From Dipteris shenzhenensis (taxonomy: Eukaryota): a DNA stretch of 64,000 nucleotides. The notes under the pieces were generated by a model, which was given only the letters and a program-made list of their open reading frames with translations, was not told the origin of the DNA and searched no databases. Each line of letters starts with the position of its first letter. The stretch's first letter is position 1. The translations under genes were made by a program, and so were the position numbers. Location: the NCBI GenBank assembly GCA_047967505.1, contig CM106538.1. One strand, given 5' to 3'. Below are positions 12,668-24,962 of the stretch, one piece after another.

Positions 12668-13234
12668 ATTCTCTTGCAGCCCACTCTTAGTACTTAGAAC
12701 ACCCCCTGCCCTTGAAGGCACTATCTTGTATCAAAGGCCCAAGGGTCGATCTTTTTTAATAAAATATATCGACATTCTCTACACTATTGTATTGTTGTGT
12801 ATTTTCCATTTCTATGACTACAGTAACTAATCATTTTAATGTAAGTCTTGAATTTTGTCAAATCTTGAAGGAATTTCACCATCTCGTAGAACGAAAAAGT
12901 GTCTGAGATGTTGCCAAGACCCCAGAAAGCCCAAAACCTACCACAGCATGAATTTGGGCATTTTGGACTTGCGCGACTGTGAAATTCCTTTAGGATTTGA
13001 TAGAAATGAACTTTTGATACCCAGAATTGGTGAAAATGATACCAAATTGGCTATAAATGTATTAAATTAACACAATTAAAATGATGGAGAAAATATATCA
13101 TCAATGACTTAAACAAAATACAATGGAATTCATGACGAGCAATGATAACTTAAAACAAATAATAAAGACATGTAGTCATGTATCCATTGAAATATCCATT
13201 TAAATATATGTTTATATATACAAAAGGCCTCACA

Positions 13235-14766
13235 GGCTATCTTTCTTCTTGGCTAGTTCGTCTTTGAATCCCCTAGTGGATTCCTAGATATAAATTTAGC
13301 TACAACAACACTAACATCCTCCTTTGCTGCTGCCAAAGACAGCCATTACCGTCAATGCCCTGCCATGAATGTTCGATCCAAAGGCATTGATAGCAGCTAG
13401 GCGGTGTACCAAAATGACTTTGTCGGCATTTCAAGTAATGTTGGAGTATCCAATAGCACACGACAATGCCTTGCACTTCAGCAGCTCTAAAGGACCTCGA
13501 GGAGAAAATTTGTTGTGAAAGACCATGATATGCTCTGTGACTTTGCCAAGGTAATGGGCCAAAGAATGATCTCGCCCAAATGCGCTACAAACATTACTCC
13601 ATTTCGAGATGAGAATTCATCAAGCTCAAACACGTCCTGCAATAATTAAACAAACATTAGAAGACCGGCAAAATAAATTATACTAAAAGAACATCAAAAT
13701 AAAAAATATTGTTTGAACTTACCACTATAGTATCATTGGCTTCTATCCCCTCCTCATTCGCAATGTTGATGGAACCAGGTGCTGTGTGATGTTCCATTTG
13801 CGAGGTGGATGCTTTCTCCTGACCTGTGTTGGAGGTGGAAGCTTCTACATGAGAGGGTTGTGCATCGTATACGGACATGTCTGCATCCTTCATTGAAACT
13901 AGCATTGTCAAGAGAAAGTCTTCCATTGTCTGGTCTTCGGTACCTAAAACCTCGGGATCTTTGACACTTGTGTCAACATCGAACCCCGATAGGACTCCGA
14001 GTGCCTCATCTTCTTGTAGTCCAAAAAGGATCTCTATGTAATGGAGGAATACGTACTCTTCTCCATCGATGATGAGGGGGGACAAGGACCATAATTCTGA
14101 GTCTGGGTCAACGGTCTTCGATGCAGATTCTTACTCTACTAGGGGCTCTTGAAGTAGGCTCAATGCTTGAGTTGCTTCCATCTCCTATGTTGGATCGTCA
14201 AGACTCTCTTCCATGTAGATGTTCGAGTCTAGTCTAGGGATGACCAGATCAGTAGTTCTACTAGAGGTGGTGCTAGACGATGAGGCTTCTTCCTTCTTGG
14301 AGAAGGAAAATGAATGTCATCTCCCATGAAAGGAATTTGGTGCCTGTATTTCCTGTGATCCCGGTGTCTAGGATGTCTTGAACTTTGACTATCCTAAAAC
14401 CTTCATCTGTAAGGTTGTCACAAAAGTGGGCCAAGCGCTTTACAAACTTGGGTTCCTCTATGAATAGATACTTTATGTAATCTATGGGAACCCATCTCTT
14501 TGAAGAGTGGTCAAGTGTATAAGCAATATTTGAGAAATCATCTTGCATGTAAAGGATGAGATATGAGAAGTCATCCTTGGCTTGCATATATGTGCCTAGG
14601 ACATCTAAAGTCCTATCAAACACTAAAAATAGCTCTTCGTCACGATCTACAAATACAGTTCGTGAGATGAAGTCATGGAACACAGTTCTAGCTAAATCCA
14701 TGGCAAATAGCAATTGATGGAGGGAGTAACTTCTGAGGACAGAAGTTTCTATGGCTCTCTAAACAT
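13235..14766 (-). pseudogene. Transposon cargo gene of unknown function (at least 2 exons; intron ~13637-13722)
   Basis: ORFs 14273-14713 and 13678-14085, then a GT..AG intron, then an exon reading DVFELDEF..FMAGH*R*WLSLAAAKEDVSVVV. A weak remnant lies at ~22070-22340 in copy 2. Confidence 0.6.
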
Positions 14767-14981
14767 GAAAGTGAGAATGTGATGTAAAAAGGGCTCTTAC
14801 CCCTTAATATAAATCAAAACCCTAAAAATTAAAATCAATAATAAAATCCCCAAATTTTTTGAAAAACATTTACCATGAACTGAAAGGAGAAAACATTAAA
14901 AGAAATAACATTTTAATTTAATTGTCCATCATCTTTTGAAGCAATAACTAGGATTTGATGGACAAAAAATTAAATGCCGCA

Positions 14982-16254
14982 CTAGTCGAACACATTGTTA
15001 GCAATCTTTAAAGTCGCAATAGGAATGAAATTGGCACTATGCATGCACTTCTCCACACGGCGGCTGATCTTGCCACCATTTAAGGTAAAGTAGAAGGACT
15101 CTGACATGCCATCCTCCATGACCAATAGGTGTTCTCGCACATCCCTTAGAGTCCATTGCGATGTGACATTCACATTCTTGACATCTCCCTCTTCAACATC
15201 AATAGACAAACCCCCATATTGTCTTCATCATTACAGTCTAGGGGAAGCCACCGGCCATTTGTTTTCTTCTAGCACCTGTACTGAAAAGCTAAATACAACA
15301 TTTGGTGTGACAAATGGTATCTAACAACCACATTGTCTTTACATGTGTGACATTGAAACACATCACCCTTTTGGTCGCCTGACCTGGTTCCCAATTCATC
15401 CCAAGTAAATCTTTAAGAGCATTCATCTACACGCTTGCAGGACCACATAGTTTTTGTTCTATGCATATGTATATTCTGAAATAAAGAAGCAAAAAAGTGC
15501 ATAGCCATAAACCAAGATAACCTTGCCCATTTGGATCCAAATGTAAACTTCATGGTCATGCCCACATCCTTTGCAATCTTGTCCTTGTACGATTGCAATG
15601 TCCTCGAGTCCACATTGCTGCAATCCATGTCTTGAAGTTGTGGTGGTGCAATGGTTTACAGACGGCCATAGCTTGATGATGTCATTGGAGTGATGTATGT
15701 TGCATTATACCAATACACATTCTTCATTTGCAAGGAGGACAACTTCTCCCCGGCATTCATTTGCTTACCTAAATCCTCATGAATTGTAGTGAACTTGCCT
15801 ATGAATGATTCAATTGGTTCCCACTCCTCGAAGTCCAAAGGGAAAACATCTACCACCATGAATAAGAGCTCTTAAAAACCAAATACAAAATTTCCAAATG
15901 TACTCATTACACTTACAGGTGAAAAAGGTACATAGATAGAAAGGCTCACAGTGTGATGGTATCCTAGATTGATTGGAGGAAGCTACATATCTTTTCCCAT
16001 GTAAACATGTTGCACTTTTGCAAGCCATCCTTTCTTCCCAAACTTGAACTTCAAGATGCGCCCCTTCCACTCATGCAAGATTCACCTCTCTTGCTCTTGC
16101 AAAGCTTATGTGGACCTTTGGCCAATCCTTTCATTACTATCCAGTCATTTAAGCTATAGGTGCAAGGGATCCACTCATCCAATGCATTTATGGTGTTGTG
16201 GAAGACACAAGAGGTTGCAGCATTGCGTGGTCTTGTAGCCTTGCTTCTCACCAT
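14982..16254 (-). pseudogene. Transposon cargo gene: BAH-like domain plus C-terminal ubiquitin-like fold
   Basis: TYSLNDWIVMKG..EWKGRILKF..LAKVQHVYMGKDM..VFPLDFEEWEPIESFIGKFTTIH follows the BAH pattern (Y.vGD.V, w.grI, v.v.wfY, lf.Sd..d.ip.esi.gkc.v). The C-terminus KNVNVTSQWTLRDVREHL..SFYFTLNGGKIS looks like a beta-grasp fold. Confidence 0.65.
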
Positions 16255-16299
16255 GCTTGCAGAGGTTGCAACAACAAGAATGGGACTCCTACATAGGGC

Positions 16300-16516
16300 A
16301 ATGCAGTTCCAATAGAGGGACAAAAGAGGTAGAAGGAGAGGGATAGAGTAACAGCAACAAAGGCACAGGAGAGGGAGAAGGAGAGGGACAGAGTAGCTCC
16401 AATAGAGGAACAAAATAAGGTAAAGGAGAGGGATAGAGCAACAACAATAGAGGCACAGGAGAGGGAGAAGGAGAGGGACAAAGTAGCTCCAACAGAGGCA
16501 CAGGAGAGGGAGAGGG

Positions 16517-16560
<44 letters not shown>
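16300..16560 (-). repeat. Degenerate ~54-bp repeats plus (AG)n microsatellite upstream of the BAH-like gene
   Basis: GAGGCACAGGAGAGGGAGAAGGAGAGGGA units and (AG)n at ~16519-16555; mirrored at ~20193-20480. Confidence 0.85.
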
Positions 16561-17959
16561 CTATAGCAAGTAGGCCCGAGCAAGAGGGACCAAAGAAAGA
16601 GGGGGAAGAGGGAAAATGCATGGGATTTGGTTCAAACGGAGTGATTTGGCAGGCTGGACCAGAATAGTGGGGGGTAGAGGCCCTAAAAAGAGGGAGGGGA
16701 GAGAAAAATTTGCCAGAAGGTCCCTACCATCCCATTGAAGGCAGTTTTGGGCTCATGTGGGGAAGGGTTTGGTCCAACATATTTCAATCCATAGTGATAA
16801 GACTCCCTTTTAATAGAGGCCAAGAGTTGCACCCTTGAGGGTTACAATCCACACACTTGTGTACATTCTTCACCACATACTTGTTCACATCCTTAGCCAT
16901 GTAATACATTGGTCATGTTCCATGTGACACCGTTAATGAGGCCCATGCTTAATTCATGTGCCTCTTCATGTGAACCATGTGCACACTCAGATTTAACCTC
17001 TAGGTATTTCTCTACTATACTTGAGAACCATGTTTTGATAAGCAATGACTAATCCACCAATTACGAAAAGAAAAGAATCTTGATCTAGCAATTCTGTTTT
17101 TTTAAAAACTGATTACATAATTTTAAATCATTGTTTTAAATCAAGCAAGTCAAATTCCTTAAAACTCGTTTCCACTATATTGAGAAGTTTTAGAGATTGC
17201 ATATTATAAATGCCACTTGTCTACAAATGCTTTTTGGTCCCCGTAAATGTCCATCAACTCTTATGTGATAGTGTCTTTTAGCATTTCCTAAAGTTTACCT
17301 ACTCTATCTAGGCTATGTACTCTTTAAATCTTAGAGAGCTATCTGTCCATAACCCTTACTTGTTTCAACATGCCACTCATAAGTCTTCTTATGAAGGCTT
17401 CATTGGGCCTTTGGGAAAAGATAAGAGTGTATCCAAGGTAGTACAAATCAAATTCCAAATCTTGATGAGCCTTAAAAACTCATGAAATTAAATGATTTAA
17501 ATCTGATCGAGAGTGGGATGGGTTAGCCACACTCTTTAGTGGCATCTGGTTTAGCTTAACTTTGGAATTCTAAGGCAAATGTCTCCAAGTGTCCGTGCTT
17601 CCTATGCTATCGTGTTGTAGCATGCTCTCGCCCTTGCACTCCTCCCTCCTCCTCCCTCCTCCCTTCTCCTCCTCCTTTCTCCTCCCTCGTCCTCCCTTCT
17701 CCTCCTCCCTCCTCCTCCCTCTTCCTCTCTCCTCCTCAACCCTCTTCCTCCCTCCTCCTCAACCTGCTGTTACCCCCTTCTAAACCCTTAACCCCCTGAA
17801 TTTGCGAAGGAGACTAGCTCTCCACTCCTCAGCCCTACAACCTTCTCTCAACCCCAAACCTTCTCTAAGCCTTGGATTCCCTAAATAGCTTCCTCAACCC
17901 TACCCTCTTCCTACACCCTACAAACATTTTCTAGCTACACATATACCACAACAATGACA

Positions 17960-18223
17960 CCCAATATGTATGTAGGTGACAAAAAGACTTGGAATTTTTT
18001 TCAAATGACTATCTCTCCATACACGTAAGGAAGTGGCAACAAGCTATCTCTCCATACATGTAAGGAAGTGGCAACAAGCCTATAAAGGCTTGTACTTGTA
18101 CTTCACATTGATTATATGAATATAGGGAAAGACTTTCATTATGTCTTCATTTATGTAGCACTTCCTCACATCCTAGCCTTCTCTCTTTGTCTCACCTCCA
18201 TGTTTCCAACATGGTATCAGAGC
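17960..18223 (+). mobile_element. LTR remnant with tRNA-Met primer-binding site
   Basis: ..TTTCCAACA is followed by TGGTATCAGAGC at 18212-18223. The left boundary is approximate. Confidence 0.65.
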
Positions 18224-20189
18224 AGATTAGTCTTGCCATAGCCCTTCCCTAATCTCTTTCTACCATGCCATCATCCTCTTTAGCCCTAACCCTTATTTTA
18301 TCTCTGCTACATCCTTCTCTCAACCAACTCATCTCACTCTATTTCTCAAAACTATTCAGTTTTTTGCTTAGCTGCCTCTTTCTCCATATCTCTACTACAC
18401 TCTCTTGTAGCAACTCGGAGTGCTTTGTTAAGCTGCCTTACATATTTCAGACATGTGTGTGCATTTTATACTACTTCAAGCCTGCAAGTAGCTATTGCAA
18501 CTATTTATAGGACCAACTCTTCAGCCGTCTTGCACACGTGGGGGGTTTTATTGCATTTGCGAGTCATTTTAGGGTTGCTATTGTTGCTTGGCTTTAGGGG
18601 GTGGAGAATGCCTCATGGGGTGCTCATGTTTGACTGAGATGTAGAAGGGTGGTGAATACCCAGCTTACTATTGGCTAGGACAACGTTTGCCTCTTCAAAC
18701 TATTGGAGTCTCATAGTTTGGATCAGTTGGATTCGTCTAGAGTATGGGCAACATACACATGGATTTGGAGAGATGTTGGTGTGGTGGTTACATGGCAGTG
18801 GTGGTGAATTAGGCATGACACAATCTCATAAGCTAACTTAGAGCCTTGAGCTCCTTGCTTTTATCCAAGACCATGAGGTTAATAGTTGTCATGTCGAGCT
18901 ACTACTCATTAGTCTACTAGAGTGCCATAGTAGTGTCGTGAGTCATATATTATAAGTCCTAAAACTTAATAGAGGTGCAACCAAAGTCTTCGTGTGTTTG
19001 AGTCTTGAGTAGTGCTTTCATGGTTGATGAATATATAAACAATATTTTGAGTCCCCATTGTCTATTGTTCAATCTACTTTCCTTTTTGTTATTGACTCCA
19101 AATTATAGGTTGCTACTCAAGCTCTTTCGTGATTTTGTAATTCAAATGTGATAATGGATAGTTCATTCAAATGTGTATGTGATTGTCTCTAAAAATAGAG
19201 CTTCATATGCTAACATTCTCATGTCTTGCACCAACCTTGCTTTCTTGACACCTTGTGCTCCACCCCTCACTCTAGCTCAATTGCTCCCACGCCACACTCT
19301 AGCTCTGTTGCTCCCTCTACCACCCCCACTGCTACTTCCTCATGCATGCATACTTCTAATTTTCCTTTTCTTGAGGGGACCCATACTAGGACATCAATTT
19401 CCTGCACAAGATTATAGAGGATGAAAAAGGTTTCCTGTCATCACTCACATGAGGTGATTGATGAGCATTTACTTTCCCAAGGGTATCCAAAAAGACTGGC
19501 TATCAAGACAACTGTGCTAAGGAAGACATCTTAGAAGGAATAAGGGAAAAATATCCCTCCTAACTACGAGTTTGAGAGGCATTACATGCTTAAGCGCATG
19601 AATTATATCCTTAAACATCATAGGTAGGAGTTGAAGAAAATGAGAAAGTATTTTCTAGGGAGGGTAAGAAGAATGCACTATGGGCACATCCATAGGATTG
19701 CAAGGAGCTACTTCCATGATTATGGATGATGTAGCATTCTTTGCCCCTTAAGCATTAGGGGAGAATTGGGGTCTCAAAAGGGCCTCCAATTAGTGTTTCC
19801 TAATTTCAAGGGATTAGAGAGTGATTTGAGGTGTACCAATGAGAGTGCTAGAAGGTATGGGGCAATGGTATGTTGAGGTAGATGGTGGGCAGGCCTATAG
19901 AGAGCCCCCATTGGTTGCTCCCCTTACACTAGGGATCACCAAACCATCCCCCATCCTCTTAACCCATGTTTGACCCTCCTACCAGGTGCACCTCCCCCAC
20001 ATGAGCCCAAAACTACCTTCAATGGGATGGTAGGGCCCTTTTGGCAAATTTTTCTTCTCCCCTCCCTCTTTCTAGGGCCTTTGCCCCCCACAATTCTGGT
20101 CCAGCCTGCCAAATCACTCAGATTTGAACCAAATCCCATGCATTTTCCCTCTCTCTCTACTCCTTCTTGCTCTAGCCTACTTGTTGTAG

Positions 20190-20229
<40 letters not shown>

Positions 20230-20523
20230 CTCCCTCTCCTGTGCCTCTATTGGAGCTACTCTATCCCTCTCCTTCTCCCTCTCCTATGCCTCTATTGCTA
20301 TTGCTTTGTCCCTCTCCTTCTCCCTCCCCTGTGCCTCTATTGTTGTTGCTCTGTTGTCCCTCTCCACCCTCTTTTATGCCTCTGTTGGAGCTGCTCTGAT
20401 GTCCCTCTCCTGTGCCTCTATTGCTGCTACTCTATCCCTCTCCTTATCCCTCTTTTGTGCCTCTGTTGGAGCTACATTGCCTTGTGTAGGAGTCCCATTC
20501 TTGCTGTTTCAACCTCTGCAAGC

Positions 20524-21005
20524 ATGGTGAGGAGAAAGGCTACAAGACCACACAATGCTGTGTCCTCTTTTATCTTCTACAACACCAAAAATGCATTGGA
20601 TGAGTGGATCCCTTGCACCTACAGCTTAAATGACTGGATAGTGATGAAAGGATCGGCCAAAGGTCCACATAAGCTTCCCAAGAGCAAGAGAGGTGAAATC
20701 TTACATGAGTGGAAGGGGTGCATCTTGAAGTTCAAGTTTGGGAAGAAAGGATGGCTCGCAAAAGTGCAACATGTTTACATGGGAAAAGATATGCAGCTTC
20801 CTCCATCATTCAATCAATCTAGGATACCATCACAATTTGAGCCTTTCTATCTATGTAGCTTTTTCACCTGTAAGTGTAATGAGTCCATTTGGAAATTTTG
20901 TGTTTGGTTTCTAAGAGCTCTTAGTCATGGTGGCAGATGTTTTCCCTTCGGACCTCGAGGAGTGGGAACCAATTGAATCATTCATAGGCAGGTTCACTAT
21001 GATTC
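20524..21005 (+). pseudogene. Second, truncated copy of the BAH-like cargo gene
   Basis: MVRRKATRPHNA..TYSLNDWIVMKG..GWLAKVQHVYMGKD..VFPSDLEEWEPIESFIGRF. Confidence 0.75.
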
Positions 21006-21114
21006 TACTACAGCAACTCTTTGCTCTCCTACAGGAGCTTTTTCCCTCTTTCTTTTCCTTTTCATATAGGATACAATTGCTCTTTCCTCTCCTATAGCTA
21101 TTGTTTTCCCAATA

Positions 21115-21372
21115 GGCATGGTTTGGAACACAGTGACACAAGGTGGTAATGTTGTGAGCTCTAGTGTGTTCTAGAAGCATGGTCAAGAAGAAAGTGACAC
21201 AAGTTGGCAATATTGTGAGCTCTAGTGCGTTGTAGAGACATGGTCAGGAACAAAGTGGCCAAAGTGGCCAAAGATGGCAATATTGTGAGCTCTAGTGTGT
21301 TCTAGAGGCATGGTCAAGAAGAAAGTGATAGAAGTTGACAATATTGTAAGCTCTAGTGTGTTCTAGAACATG
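21115..21372 (+). repeat. Minisatellite, ~61-bp unit, ~4 copies
   Basis: Unit AATATTGTGAGCTCTAGTGTGTTCTAGAGGCATGGTCAAGAAGAAAGTGACACAAGTTGGC. Confidence 0.9.
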
Positions 21373-22954
21373 AAAAATGCATTGGATGACTTGAACTTAC
21401 AGATTGACTAACTAGATAATCATGGAAGGTTTTGCCAAGGGTCCACATAAGCTTCCCAAGAGGAAGGATGTATTTCTTAGACTATGTAACTTCCTTGCCT
21501 ATCTTCTTTACAAGATCCCATTTTAACATAGGAGTGGGAAGTAGTGGAATCTTTGATATAACTGACAATGGACTGTCTGTAAGTTATGTGCAGGAATACC
21601 TTTTAGTCATGGAAAATGAAATGTATATTCCTTCAACTTTACTTGAAATGGTGAAATAGCAGGCAAGAATCTAGAGAAATGCATGAAAATGTCCATTTTA
21701 TCCCTCGTGCAACATCAAACAATGTGTTTGACTAGTACAAGCTGTCCATAAATTGTAGGTTGGGCATTTTGGAATTTGCATAGGTTTTCTTCAGGACTTA
21801 GAGGACATTAAAAGCATTGATGAATTTTATTTTGATGGTTTTATTATGTGGTTTCGTGTCCAAAGTTTTTAGGTAATATGTATAAAGTTTTCATGCCTAA
21901 AGTTTTCATGTCTAAAGTTTACAGTTTATACCTGTTTGCCTTGCTTGCATCATTAAAGGAGACAATGACATGATGGTAAGCATCCTATGTATTGATTTAT
22001 ATTTTATGGTCTTTTAATATAATGTGCTTTGTTAGGTTTGCTAATCTAATGGTTGTTGAATTGATGTAGGAGGCATTTGAGATCTCTCATTGGTGCACTA
22101 TATTAGTTGAGCAGGAGGATACATTTTGGTCTTCCACATCCAACTTTTAGAATGGCCTACTTAACTATTGAAGTGCATCAAAGTATTGACATCTTGATCA
22201 TTGTGATCCACATCACATGGCTTCCGCTATTGCATTGTATCCCATTGGCAATGGTGTAAAAAACTTTGTTCTCGGCTACTCTGAGAGGAGAGCCTTAATG
22301 GTATTAGTATTAGGATCTTACTAAGTTGGGGATTTCAAAAGCCTCTTTTTTTTATGTATTAGCGGTAGCAAAGAGGAGGTATAGGCTATGAAGAGTCTTT
22401 GTATTTTAATGGAGAGATTATAATACAAAAATGTACATTTTATCACATTCTCTTCCTTGCAAGATACCATGTCATAAGCAATAATTTTGATTGAGTCATG
22501 GTTGGAATTTTGAATGTGTTGTTAATTCAATATAAGGTAATCATGTCGCCTTGAATTGTAGAGTATTGAATACACCACGTCCAAGTTTGTTCTGTAGAGA
22601 GGTGAACCTTTTAGATTCAAACTTGTCCCTTTTCCTTCATTTGTATCCAAAGTAATTACAAATTTATGACCCCCTCAACTTGTGACTGATTTTTGAAGGT
22701 CTTCTACATTGAATTTGAACATTCAAGGTTCCAATCAAATATTATAGAGCTACTCATGCTCTCGATTTTGAACTAAAAAAATTTGTAATCGAAGTTATAA
22801 TGCAAAAGTTATAGCTATTTTACTATTCTCTTCATATTCCATGCAATTAAGTTCTATTACTTGTATATATATTTTTGTAAAATTAATTTAGGAAAATATT
22901 ATGAATATTCCAAGTCAAAATAATACTCTCGACTAGGTTTGGTAATTTTGGTGA

Positions 22955-23195
22955 CCATTTTTGGTAAATGTAGGAGGAATTTGACCACGGCGCATAAGGC
23001 AAAGTTGGTCAGGACATCATGGGGTGTCCAAAAATGTACAAACCTGCCACAACACAAATTTGGCCATCTGGGCACCCTCTAGATGGCCAAATTCATGCCA
23101 TGGTGGGTTTGTGCATTTTTGGACACCCCATGATGTCCTGGCCAACTTTGCCTTCTGCGCCGTGGTCAAATTCCTCCTTTATTTGCCAAAAATGG
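22955..23195. repeat. Long imperfect palindrome (hairpin 1), ~115-bp arms
   Basis: GGAGGAATTTGACCACGGCGCA..AATTTGGCCATCT, loop 23070-23080, then AGATGGCCAAATT..TGCGCCGTGGTCAAATTCCTCC. Confidence 0.95.
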
Positions 23196-23793
23196 ACATC
23201 AAAATGGCCGAAGTTATCAAACTCCTTCATCTACCTCTTCAAAATCTATATTTCTTCATAGGAAATCATGAAGTGCATCAATCCTTTACAAGGTGATATA
23301 GTAGCCAACCTAAAAATTAAAATAAAAGATACATGGACATAGCCAACCTCCATGACTAAGAAAACATAGAAAATGAAAATTTTAGATTCCTCTTCAAAAT
23401 ATATATTTTCTCATGTAATGCATCAAATTATTTCAAGGTGATTTAGTGATATGAAATCAAATATTTCATTGACATAGCTAACCTAAAAGGTGGCTCCAAA
23501 GGCAAGATAAACAAAGAAAATGAAAATTTACAAGGTGATGTAGTGGAAGATCAAAGTCCTCTGGATTAAATTAAAAATTACATTGACCTAGCCAACCTAC
23601 AAGGTTCCTCCAAAGCGCAAGAAATTATATAGAGAATATATTACCTAAGAATCTTACCAGAGCTGTGCTACAAGGCACATAAGTTGTCATATTGACCAAC
23701 CATCATTTGCTAAGTTACTTTGTAAATATTTTCTTTTCCATGTTTATCTATGTTGAAGTTGATGCATCTATAAAGACACATGGATTTCAATTA

Positions 23794-24114
23794 GGTAGAT
23801 GAAGGAATTTGACAATTTGGGCCATTCCAATGTCCATTTTTGGCAAATGTTGAAGGAATTTGACCTCGGCACTGAAGACAAAGTTGGTCGGGATGTTATG
23901 AGGTGTTCAAAAATGTAAAAACCCACCACGATGCAAATTTGGCCATTTGAAGGGTGTCCAAATGGCCAAATTCACACCATGGTGGGTTTTTGCATTTTTG
24001 GACACCCCATGATGTCTAAACCAACTTTGCCTTCTCTACCATGGTCAAATTCCTCCTACATTTGCCAAAAATTGACATTGAAATGGCCAAAGTTGTCAAA
24101 TTTCTTCATCTACC
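23794..24114. repeat. Long imperfect palindrome (hairpin 2), ~155-bp arms, paralogous to hairpin 1
   Basis: GGTAGATGAA..AATTTGGCCATTTG, loop, then CAAATGGCCAAATT..TTCATCTACC. Confidence 0.95.
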
Positions 24115-24206
24115 CCTTCAAAATCTATATTTCTTTGTAGAAAATCATGAAATGCATCAATCCTTTACAAGGTGATGTAGGAAAATCTCAAATTTTGGTT
24201 TTTAAT

Positions 24207-24440
24207 CACTCCATCTAATCAATGTGGTGCCATGGTCAAATCCCTTCTACATATGTATTGGAATGGCCAAACTTGGCAAACAACATTTTATTGACTTGTT
24301 ACATCAAAATGTGATATAACTTTTGTGTGCAAGGTTTTTAAACACTCCATCTAATCAATGTGGTGCCATGGTCAAATCCCTTCTACATATGTATTGGAAT
24401 GGCCAAACTTGGCAAACAACATTTTATTGACTTGTTACAC
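24207..24440 (+). repeat. Tandem duplication of ~97 bp (period ~137)
   Basis: CACTCCATCTAATCAATGTGGTGCCATGGTCAAATCCC..GACTTGTTACA occurs twice. Confidence 0.9.
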
Positions 24441-24962
24441 CAAAAAGTAGGGCGGGAGGAGGAGGACACATGTGGGAGGAAAGAGGAGGAGGAAAAAGCA
24501 GCAGGGGGAGGAGGATGCATGTGGGAGGAGGGAGGAGGAGGCATGTGGACAAAGGGAGGAGGAGGGGGGGAGGGAGGAGGGAGGCAATGGGAGGGAGTAG
24601 GAGGAGGAGGAATGGGACATGTCGAAGAGGAGGGAGGAGGGAGACAAGGAGGAGGATGGGGGGAGGAGGGAATTCAAATTCAAAATTCAAAATTCAAAAG
24701 TTTGACTTTGGAGGATGGGGGGAGGTGGGAGAGAGAGGGAATTTAAATTTGAAATTCAAAATTTTGACTTTGGGAAAAGTACCCCCTCCTTGGTGTAAGA
24801 GGTGGCCCCCTCCTAGGTGTAAGAGGTGTAAGAGGTTGGATCAACTAGGCTTAACCCACCTAGGTAGGGGGGGTTAGGACTCCCTTGGACCCCACAAGAG
24901 GACTTGCATTAGGCCTAATCCATTTCTTAATCCATTCCTTATGAGGCCCTTCTGAGACCCCA

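Larger units (their letters stand above)
8317..16767 (+). mobile_element. RAG1/Transib-like TIR DNA transposon, copy 1 (far end truncated), with three cargo genes
   Basis: The terminus CATTAGGGGAGAATTGGAGTCTCAAAAGGGCCTC (8317-8350) matches 19753-19786 at 33/34 and, inverted, 24943-24962. Contains a transposase at 9009-11918. Region ~15790-16767 is the reverse complement of ~19990-21005. Confidence 0.8.
19753..24962 (-). mobile_element. Non-autonomous copy 2 of the RAG1-like element, inverted relative to copy 1; no transposase or H3
   Basis: TIR at 19753-19786. BAH-gene 5' part at 20524-21005 and Ubl remnant at ~21520-21740 (AATGTGTTTGACTAGT matches the reverse complement of 14981-14996). The end ~24450-24962 is the reverse complement of 8331-8940. 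Confidence 0.8.
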
